Assembly (NCBI GenBank): GCA_965248925.1
Contig: CBDFLE010000006.1
Location: 3,648,001 to 3,712,000 of the forward strand
Origin: Candidatus Multivoradales bacterium
GTDB taxonomy: Bacteria; Acidobacteriota; Thermoanaerobaculia; Multivoradales; J023
Length of the DNA: 64,000 nucleotides
Reading direction: 5' to 3'
Both the position numbers and the translations under genes were made by a program. Within the stretch, counting starts at the first letter, position 1, and each line of letters begins with the position of its first letter. A model generated the notes under the pieces. The model did no database searches and was not told where the DNA came from. It saw nothing but the letters and a program-made list of their open reading frames with translations. Positions 10,655 through 18,069 of the stretch are shown piece after piece.

Positions 10655-11197
10655 TCAGGCGGTTAGCTCGAAGTCGAAGTCGAAGTCGAGCATTCTATCG
10701 CCATCAAAAATCGAGCGGCTATCGATCCGCTCGCTAGCGAGCATTCTGGGCAGCCACAGACGATCGTCAGCCCACATCTCGTCGTAGGGGATGGCTTCCA
10801 GTGGGGTCCACAACGGGATCGCCTCGGCGGTTTCACCGGCTTCGCCACGGTGGCCGCTGGCGCGAAACACCCAGACGTGGAGGGAGTAGCCGTCGACAAA
10901 TTGAAAACGCAGCTGGCCGCACTCGACCAAGCCTGTGGGGGTGATGAGAAGCTCTTCCTCGACTTCGCGCACGGCGCATTCGAGAGGGGTTTCGCCGGTC
11001 TCGATGCGGCCTCCTGGACCGTTGATCTTGCCGGCGCCGAGCCCCCGCTTCTTGCGGATCAAGAGGATCTGCTGCTGCTCAACCACAAAGCACAGGGTGG
11101 CGCGGTCGACCGCTCGCCAATGAGGCCAGTCGATCTCGGCAACGCGGCGGGGAACCGGCTCGAGTGGGGCCTTCCCGGCTGTAGATTCTTCGGCCAT
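10655..11197 (-). CDS. NUDIX hydrolase, MTH1/8-oxo-dGTPase-like
   Basis: [34 protein letters not shown] Nudix box; [15 protein letters not shown]. Confidence 0.9.
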   Translation of the reverse strand: MAEESTAGKAPLEPVPRRVAEIDWPHWRAVDRATLCFVVEQQQILLIRKKRGLGAGKINGPGGRIETGETPLECAVREVEEELLITPTGLVECGQLRFQFVDGYSLHVWVFRASGHRGEAGETAEAIPLWTPLEAIPYDEMWADDRLWLPRMLASERIDSRSIFDGDRMLDFDFDFELTA

Positions 11198-11269
11198 GGT
11201 GCAAAAACTACCATGCTATCTGGTGTGGCCAACTCCACTTTGCGGCCGGTTGACGAGTAAAGCTAGCTC

Positions 11270-13936
11270 TTACTTACGTTTTCGCCACCACAGAGTGAGG
11301 AGCAAAGCCGCGACGGCAAGGGCGCTCAGCAGCCATCCGGAGCCGGACCGGCTGCTGGGAAAGGGCACTGTCGAGCCATCGCCCCAGACCACCACTCCGG
11401 CCCAGGCGGCGGCCGGTGCTCCGGCGGCCGCCCGCTCGCGCTGAGTCTCGGCCAGTGCCGTGGCGATGTCCGCGCCGCGAACGAGGTGGTGGTAGAAGGG
11501 GTCGAAGAACTCGCTGGCCTCGTCGTCGCGCAGGGGCCACAGGCTGGCCACGACGGAACTGGCACCGGCTTGGAGGAAAGCTCGGGCCGGGCTTAGCGCA
11601 CCTTCGCCATTCAGCAGTCGGCCGCCGCCGCTGCGACAAGCCGCCAACACGACGACTTCGCCAGCGAGGTCGAGAGCGGCGATCTCGTCGAGTTCGAGCA
11701 GCCCGTCCGCGCTGGCATCGCCAGTCAGCACCAGGCCCGAGGCTTGGCCGCGACGTTCGTCGGTCAAGGCGTGGGTGGCGAAGTGGAGTACCCGATGCTG
11801 ACCTGCCGACACTCGGTGCAAGCTCGATTCGGTGGCCTCGGAGCCGAGCAGCAGGTGGGCTTTGCGGCCCAGTCGGCGACGGATCTGTTGGGCTTCGCGC
11901 CGGGCACCGGGTAAGGGGCGCCAGCTGATGCTCTCGGTGGACTCACGGTCTCCGTCTTCACCATCGGCGCTCCGAGGATCTGCCAGTACCAATACCGAAC
12001 CCTCTCCTTGGCTTGCCGAGTGGATCGACTGCCAATGTGCCCACAGGGTGGCCGAGGGTGCCATCGAGAGGCGGAAACGAGCCAGCAGCAGCTCGCCGGA
12101 GGGGTCGCGAAAAGTGGCGAATGGGAGTCGATTGAGGGCCCCGTCCGGCACCAGGATCAAGTGATCGACCGTCGTCGGTAGATCTGCCAATGCCGGCCAA
12201 AGGAGTCGGCTGGCGAGCTTCTCGGCGACCGCTTCTTGGCGCCCATCGCGGGCTTCAAACATGCCGGTGAAGAGATCGATTGCGGGAGCGGTGTGGGCGG
12301 CGTCGGGCAGGGCGTAGAGCCGTACGCCCTGACGGTGGACAGCCAGCAGCCAGGAGCCGCCCTCGAAATTGCCAAAGAAATTCAGCCATTGGGCTAGTTG
12401 CCAGATGAGGATGGCTTCGTTGGGTCCCAGAGTAGCCTGAAGCCGTGCCAGATCCACGGACGGTTGTGACTGCGGGTCCTTGGCGGCTGAGGATACAGGC
12501 TCCAGATTCTCCCGCAGTAGCCGACCCCGCATGCTCTCGCCGACCTGGAAGGCTTGGTCGAGCCACCGTGGTTCGGTGATCGAAAGTGCCGCTGGTTCCG
12601 TGCTGTTCGCGACCCGTGGTGAAAGCGGCGACTCGTTCACCGACCGTCCGCCCGCTTGCAGGTACAGCCGGCCGGCCAGCCACTGGTGGAGGTTGATCCA
12701 CAGCGAGAAATACTCGCCCCGACCGTGCGTCTGACGGCTGCGCAAGGCCTCGACTTCGGCCAGGACTTCATAGGAGGGTGCCAGCGCCTGATCAGGAGTT
12801 GCCGCGAGGTGCCAGGCGATTCGCAGGCGGTGTAGCCAACCGTCGGCGAGGAAGCTCGCGGGACTCGCATCGGGTAGTGAGCGGTTCGCTTCCGCGGCCA
12901 ACTGCCGGGCCTGATCAGGGTCGTCGTCGGCCAACCGTTCCGCCTGGGCCAATAGAGCGAGGTGGAGTAGCTCCGGATCCTTCAGCTGGCGGGCGATAGC
13001 GACGGCTGCGCCGAGTAGCTCCGCCCCTTGGGCGCCAGCGGTTAGCTGGCCTAGCTTGCGCAGCGCGGCGCCTTGAGTCCGAAGATTGCCAGCCGCCGCC
13101 GCCAGCGTGGCTACTTCTCTCATTTGTTCTTTGGCCTGCCGCAGCAGTGGCTCGGAGGGTAGCCCTGGGAGGCCGCACATGGTGGCGTTGAACCGCGCCG
13201 TAACCGCGGCATAGGCATTGCCGAGCCGCTGCTGGCGCTCGGCCAGAGTTTCGAAAGAGGTGCGAGCTAGATCGAGATCACCCAGGCGAAAACGGGCCTG
13301 GGCTAGCAGGTGCATGGCTTCTAGTTCCAGCTGCGGGTTTGCACTTGGGTCGATGCGGCCGAGTAGCTCCTGCAAGCGTTCCTCGATCTCGCCCAGGTCG
13401 CCGCCTTGTTCGAGCGCCAGGGTCAACAGTTCCACCTCCGCCGCGTCGAGCAGCGCTGGCTCTTCGAGCCGTCGAGCGATGGCGATCCCACGCTCCATCT
13501 CGGTTCGCGCATCCTCGAATAGCGAACGGCTGCGGAGCCAGCGGCCAAGGCTCATTTGGGTGTAATACGCTCCTCTAAACTGGCCATCAGCGGTGTAGAG
13601 ATCAGCCGCTTTGCGGAACTCCCGCGCAGGATCGCCACCGTCTTCGAAGGTTAGACTGGCGAGGTAGAAGAACGGGCAGGCAAGCTCTGGCCGCTGCCGG
13701 GTGAGGGCTTGCAACCGTAGGCTGGCCGCCGAGCGCAGCCGCGGCTCGCGAGCGAGGTGGTAGAAGCAGGCACAGCCGTTCCAGTCGTCCACCTGCGCCA
13801 GATAGTCCGCCTCGCAAGTCGCCAGGCGATCCTCGCCTTGCGCCATACTGCTGATCGTCGCGGAGATCAGCAGCCACAAGAAAGTCCGTTGCCAGTTCAC
13901 CTGTGGTGGCAGGTGTATTTGTTGACGCTCATCCAC
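11270..13936 (-). CDS. TPR-like + CHAT (caspase-like) domain protein with signal peptide and C-terminal membrane anchor
   Basis: LILVPDGALNRLPF, LPGARREA, LHFATHA (His), VVLAACRSG (Cys), VVASLWPLRD; C-terminal GWLLSALAVAALLLTLWWRKRK. Confidence 0.9.
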   Translation of the reverse strand: MDERQQIHLPPQVNWQRTFLWLLISATISSMAQGEDRLATCEADYLAQVDDWNGCACFYHLAREPRLRSAASLRLQALTRQRPELACPFFYLASLTFEDGGDPAREFRKAADLYTADGQFRGAYYTQMSLGRWLRSRSLFEDARTEMERGIAIARRLEEPALLDAAEVELLTLALEQGGDLGEIEERLQELLGRIDPSANPQLELEAMHLLAQARFRLGDLDLARTSFETLAERQQRLGNAYAAVTARFNATMCGLPGLPSEPLLRQAKEQMREVATLAAAAGNLRTQGAALRKLGQLTAGAQGAELLGAAVAIARQLKDPELLHLALLAQAERLADDDPDQARQLAAEANRSLPDASPASFLADGWLHRLRIAWHLAATPDQALAPSYEVLAEVEALRSRQTHGRGEYFSLWINLHQWLAGRLYLQAGGRSVNESPLSPRVANSTEPAALSITEPRWLDQAFQVGESMRGRLLRENLEPVSSAAKDPQSQPSVDLARLQATLGPNEAILIWQLAQWLNFFGNFEGGSWLLAVHRQGVRLYALPDAAHTAPAIDLFTGMFEARDGRQEAVAEKLASRLLWPALADLPTTVDHLILVPDGALNRLPFATFRDPSGELLLARFRLSMAPSATLWAHWQSIHSASQGEGSVLVLADPRSADGEDGDRESTESISWRPLPGARREAQQIRRRLGRKAHLLLGSEATESSLHRVSAGQHRVLHFATHALTDERRGQASGLVLTGDASADGLLELDEIAALDLAGEVVVLAACRSGGGRLLNGEGALSPARAFLQAGASSVVASLWPLRDDEASEFFDPFYHHLVRGADIATALAETQRERAAAGAPAAAWAGVVVWGDGSTVPFPSSRSGSGWLLSALAVAALLLTLWWRKRK

Positions 13937-14945
13937 CGGGTGGAATCATCGGCCCATTGTGGGTCACGGTCAAGCCGGATTTGGCCTCTCCTTCTCGGTG
14001 CCAGATGATTTCGAGGTCGACCGGCAAGCCGTGGGTCATCGGTCCGGTGCCGTTGTCGAAGTCCTGTTGCAGGGCTTCAAACTCCTGCCAACCTTCGTCG
14101 CTCAACAGAATGTGCTGGCGGGCATGGGGGGCTACCCACAGACCTAAGGCGAGGGGGGAGTTGGTCGGGTTCGGCGCGACGCTGAGTTCTAGATCGGCGA
14201 GCTGGCGGGCGGTACCGAGGGTCGGTCCCAGGGCGAGCAAGGATGGCCAGGTGTGATCTGTGGCTAGCACAGGTGGGCGCTGGATCCCTGCGGCTTCGTG
14301 CCACACCGCGGCGAAAACTAGTTGGCCCTGGTCTTGGTAAGTCTCCACGTCCACCAGGTAACGTCCCAGGCCGTTTTGTAGGAGGTCAAGCTGGTCTAGG
14401 AAATCTCGGGAGAGGCCAAGGGCGTAGTGATGGTCCATCGGATGGGGGTGGAAAACCGCCGCCACCAGCTGCCAGCCGGCTAGCTGGTAAACCTCGAGGT
14501 CGACCAGGCGATAGCCGTTGGTGAGTTCCCAGACAGCCAGCGCGTCGAGTTGCCCGATCGGTAGGTCGATGATCAGGTGCGAGGTCTGTGAGAAGCCATT
14601 GGCTTCGATGGACGCCTGGTGCCAGATGCCGGCGAATCGCCGCCCGGCCACGCCGCCGACTTCCTCACCGGCGAGCTCAAAGTCGACCAACTGAAAGCCC
14701 GCCGCCTGATAGGTGCTGTTGCGGGCCAAGAAGGTAGCGAAGGAGTGGGTCGAGGTGATTCTCGACTCTCCCGGAGTTTCGGACCACACCATGCCGTAGG
14801 TGGTTTGGAAGGAGTCGGACTGTGGTGGAGTCCACGGATTCTCCGCGCTCGCGATTTTGGCGGCCAAGACTAAGGTAAGACCGACGAGAAGGGCTCGTAG
14901 GTGGATGTTCTTCGAGCAAGGCAGCTGAGCTGTAGTCTGAGTCAT
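13929..14945 (-). CDS. Secreted tandem-repeat protein (BTRD1 / polyglycine-hydrolase-like structural repeats)
   Basis: About 5 copies of G[YF]xLVD[LVF]E..[FV]A[AG][IV]WH; signal peptide; ATG at 14945 with GGAG RBS. Confidence 0.7.
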   Translation of the reverse strand: MTQTTAQLPCSKNIHLRALLVGLTLVLAAKIASAENPWTPPQSDSFQTTYGMVWSETPGESRITSTHSFATFLARNSTYQAAGFQLVDFELAGEEVGGVAGRRFAGIWHQASIEANGFSQTSHLIIDLPIGQLDALAVWELTNGYRLVDLEVYQLAGWQLVAAVFHPHPMDHHYALGLSRDFLDQLDLLQNGLGRYLVDVETYQDQGQLVFAAVWHEAAGIQRPPVLATDHTWPSLLALGPTLGTARQLADLELSVAPNPTNSPLALGLWVAPHARQHILLSDEGWQEFEALQQDFDNGTGPMTHGLPVDLEIIWHREGEAKSGLTVTHNGPMIPPGG

Positions 14946-15101
14946 GTGGGTTCTCCAACTTGAGGTCCTAGAGTAACGCCCGCTGCCCGGAGAAGGCGGG
15001 CAGCGAATTCTCCTCAATTGCTCTAACCCAACGAGTGTCGAGACGACTTTCCCTCACTCGAAGTGAGCACCGGCTGAATCGGATGGCAAGCCCTGCTCAA
15101 G

Positions 15102-15532
15102 TCACCTCAGTGGGTTGCTCCAGCGCAAGCCGGAGAAGCGGCCAAAGTCGGAGTCGTTGGAGCACAGCTTAGCTTGGCATTCGATGGCGATGGCGGCCAA
15201 GTGAATGTCTGCGGTGAGCTTGCCGGCGGTTCCCGCTTCGGCGGTCAAGGTCGCCAACAGGCCGAGATGGCGAGAACCAGGATTGAGAATCTGCGTCTGG
15301 GGGCGGTCGAACCACGTCCGAAGATGGTGCAGAGCCTGCTCGGCCGGCAACGGCTCGACCAGAATGCTGCGGCTAGTCATCAGGCGCAAGAACCCCAGTA
15401 GCACCACCCACGGTAGACCCACCGGGCGTTCGCCGGAGAGAATATCTTCCTACCATGCCCGAGCCCGTGGGTGTTGGGGGGGGCGTCCGAATTGTAGGCG
15501 TAGATCAGCAGATTGATGTAGGGCAGGATCAT
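15102..15532 (-). pseudogene. vapC: VapC PIN-domain toxin pseudogene
   Basis: MILP-Y-INLLIYAYNSDAP..(frameshift in C8 run at 15476-15483)..QHPRARAW*EDILSGERPVGLPWVVLLGFLRL..DIHLAAIAIE..SNDSDFGRF; first catalytic Asp replaced by Tyr; in-frame TAG. Confidence 0.85.
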
Positions 15533-15807
15533 CAGCGGCCGATTTTCTCCGCGTGAACTCGGTTGAAATCCTCGAGTTCCAGGTCGTCTAGGAGCTGATT
15601 GAGCTTCCCTGGGTCGATTGCCGTCCTGAAGCCGTGGGCCTTCGCTTCGACGACGAACCGGGGCTGCGGTGGCTTTGGCATCTCACCTCGGAGCAGTCCT
15701 CTGCGCAATACAGCGTTGACCACCGCCTTGAAACTCACCCCGCTATGGCGCGCCTTCTCACGAAGCTTTTTCGCCAGATCGTCGTCCAAAGTCAATGTTG
15801 TTCTCGT
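15532..15807 (-). CDS. vapB: VapB-type (RHH) antitoxin, canonical start apparently mutated to ACG
   Basis: ACG-AGA-ACA-ACA-TTG-ACT-TTG-GAC-GAC = (M)RTTLTLDDDLAKKLRE..SFKAVVNAVLRRGL; stop overlaps vapC start (TGATG). Confidence 0.75.
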   Translation of the reverse strand, partial: TRTTLTLDDDLAKKLREKARHSGVSFKAVVNAVLRRGLLRGEMPKPPQPRFVVEAKAHGFRTAIDPGKLNQLLDDLELEDFNRVHAEKIGR

Positions 15808-15810
15808 CTC

Positions 15811-15824
15811 GACATCATGATGCC
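15811..15824. promoter_or_regulatory. Palindromic vapBC operator candidate
   Basis: Perfect palindrome CATCATGATG (15813-15822) immediately upstream of the antitoxin start. Confidence 0.55.
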
Positions 15825-15940
15825 TCGCTATTCTGACTTCAAGGGGCCAAGCCTCCTAGCCCGAATAAGTGGCCGCCTTCAATCGAAAGCGGCGGTCGGT
15901 TTCGCTGAGCGCAGGCAATTCTGATTAACTGCCAACGAGT

Positions 15941-16864
15941 CTAGACAGACCAGGAGTAGCGTTGGCTACTGTCTTGCTTGTAGGTCTTGTCACGTAGCAC
16001 GTACGGAGTCGCGCAGAATTCGACAATCTGGTTGTCTTTCACTTCAATCCCCAGCAGACTAAACGAATTCTCTGAGCGGGCGGGGATCAACTTATACCTC
16101 TGCGTCAGAAATGTCGCGCCCGCGCAAGCGATACGGAGCTGGGCGCTGCCGGAAGTTAGAGAGTAAAATATCGTCTCGTGGACATGGCCAGCGACAAGCT
16201 GGTTGACTCCGCATCTTTTGGCGGCTGCGACCACTCGCCGCCATTCTTTCAGCCGTAAAGCTCGCTTTACATTGTCCCCTGGAGGAAAGTGGAAGACCCA
16301 CAGTACGGCATAGTTTTTTCTGGTCTTCTCTGTCAGCAGCTTGAGCTTGGCGACGGTTTCTTCGTGGGCCCTGCCTTGCCCGAGAAAACCAGGCTCCAAG
16401 GATTCCAAACTAAAGTCAGCGAAGATAATCGCAAGCCCATCGCCTTCGGGTTTCCCGAAATACTCGACTCGAACAGCGTCCCCCTGCCAGTAGTTCGAAA
16501 AAACGTCTTCAAAAGCTGTGCCTCCGGGTAGAAGGCCGCGGCGATAACGGTCGTGGTTTCCCGGCAGTAGAACTGTTCGGAGGCCACTGCTCTTTAGGGT
16601 GGCAAGGCCATTCCAATAGTCTGAGTTGTTGGTAGATTCGACGAACGACAATGCTCTCTCCAGACTCGGTCTGGAACCAACTGCTGCCAAGTCGCCGGAG
16701 ATCAGTATCGCATCGAGCAGAGACTTCTGGCGGAAAGCAAATTGAGCTACTAGAGATGCCAGAAATCTGTCAGCCTCCGAAATCTGACTCGCATCCTCGG
16801 GCAGCCAGTGCTCTTGCAGAAAATGAAAATCCGAAAGGTGGAGAAGCGAGTACCTCTTCGCCAT
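15941..16864 (-). CDS. Calcineurin-like metallophosphoesterase
   Basis: All five motifs: HLSDFH, SGDL, PGNHD, VFHFPP, AGHVH; AT-richer than flanks. Confidence 0.88.
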   Translation of the reverse strand: MAKRYSLLHLSDFHFLQEHWLPEDASQISEADRFLASLVAQFAFRQKSLLDAILISGDLAAVGSRPSLERALSFVESTNNSDYWNGLATLKSSGLRTVLLPGNHDRYRRGLLPGGTAFEDVFSNYWQGDAVRVEYFGKPEGDGLAIIFADFSLESLEPGFLGQGRAHEETVAKLKLLTEKTRKNYAVLWVFHFPPGDNVKRALRLKEWRRVVAAAKRCGVNQLVAGHVHETIFYSLTSGSAQLRIACAGATFLTQRYKLIPARSENSFSLLGIEVKDNQIVEFCATPYVLRDKTYKQDSSQRYSWSV

Positions 16865-16891
16865 TGAGACTGGATGCTCCTATTATCTTTT

Positions 16892-17569
16892 TTACAGGCC
16901 GAGGACGTGACGGACTTGCCTGGTTTCTTCACCAACGTTCGGGGCCGTTGGGTGGAACCAAATATTGTCATCTTGCATTTCGAGACGGCCCCAGTCTCCA
17001 TCTAGAATCCCCCTGGCAGCATGGACGACAGTCTTGAATTCACCGAGAAGGTCTCGCAAGAGATCGCTGTCACCAACGCCAAGATGGAGGCTTAGGGTGA
17101 TCTGGGTCTTGAATGGCTCGCAGAACTTGACTCCTTCGCTTACCAAAAGGCGATCGACCCCCTGTTCGATCCAGATAGCAGGGAAGAGTCCTCGAAGATG
17201 GTCGCGTAAGACCACAGAGTATTCTTTGGCCGCTTCAAGCGAGGTTTCAATCGGCGGAGAACGCCGCTGAGAACTCTCTTCCTGCGCTTGCAGCAAGCGG
17301 AGGGTGAAGGCCGGACTTGGGAAGAGTTCTGCGGCGGGCGCCACTTCTTCCACTACGTCCGAATGAGCTTCCAGGCACTGCTCGGCAGGCGCCGCAATCT
17401 CATTCACTGATTCAGTCGAAGTCTCCATACACTGTTTTGCGGCGGACTGCTCTTGGGCCCAAGGCATTGTGTCTACCTCCTGATCCTTGCGTGGAAGATG
17501 CTGTTCCACATCAAGAGAAGCGCTTCTCACATCTCTTTCCGAGCCGGAAGAGTGGAGCTTATCATCCAT
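16892..17569 (-). CDS. Hypothetical protein (acidic, probably disordered N-half; small globular C-domain)
   Basis: ORF co-oriented with, and 27 nt upstream of, the phosphoesterase; promoter upstream; no family recognised. Confidence 0.6.
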   Translation of the reverse strand: MDDKLHSSGSERDVRSASLDVEQHLPRKDQEVDTMPWAQEQSAAKQCMETSTESVNEIAAPAEQCLEAHSDVVEEVAPAAELFPSPAFTLRLLQAQEESSQRRSPPIETSLEAAKEYSVVLRDHLRGLFPAIWIEQGVDRLLVSEGVKFCEPFKTQITLSLHLGVGDSDLLRDLLGEFKTVVHAARGILDGDWGRLEMQDDNIWFHPTAPNVGEETRQVRHVLGL

Positions 17570-17610
17570 AGGCAACCCTGCAACCAAAGCCTAGCGGCAT
17601 GGCGGGCCAC

Positions 17611-17639
17611 ATAGTATAATTACATGGCCATGAATGCAA
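17611..17639 (-). promoter_or_regulatory. sigma70-like promoter for the 17569-15941 operon
   Basis: Minus strand TTGCAT-N17-TACTAT; spacer contains palindrome CATGGCCATG (17623-17632). Confidence 0.55.
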
Positions 17640-17735
17640 GCGCGTCGTGACTGATTCAGCGCTTCTGTTGCGTCTCTTCGGGCTATTAGGGAACACTATC
17701 ACTATCTGCTCTTGTCCCTTCTACCTGTCCGCGAC

Positions 17736-17783
17736 GGGAATTGCTGCGATCCAAAGTTGGGAATTGCTGCGATCCAAAGTTGG
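17736..17783. repeat. Perfect 23-bp tandem duplication
   Basis: gggaattgctgcgatccaaagtt x2 (17736-17758, 17759-17781) plus gg. Confidence 0.95.
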
Positions 17784-18069
17784 TGGCGGTGTCCTCGAAT
17801 TCCGGAGAGAGCGGCCGATCTAGGTCATCACCTCATTGCTGTCTATACGGGCCGGTCCTGGTTGCATCCTGTTTCTGGGACGACTTGTCGCTGTTCTGCC
17901 ACTAGCTGCCACCACTCACTAATTATTACGCAAAAACCGCGCCAACGACGTTCTTGTGGCTGGCACAGTGGGCGGACGGCGTGAGGTGAATCCTTAGCAG
18001 GAAGTTCGGAAAAGACAACTCGATACTGATTGCGGCGCTGGTCAAGAAGTCGTTATGGGGTTCTTCGAC

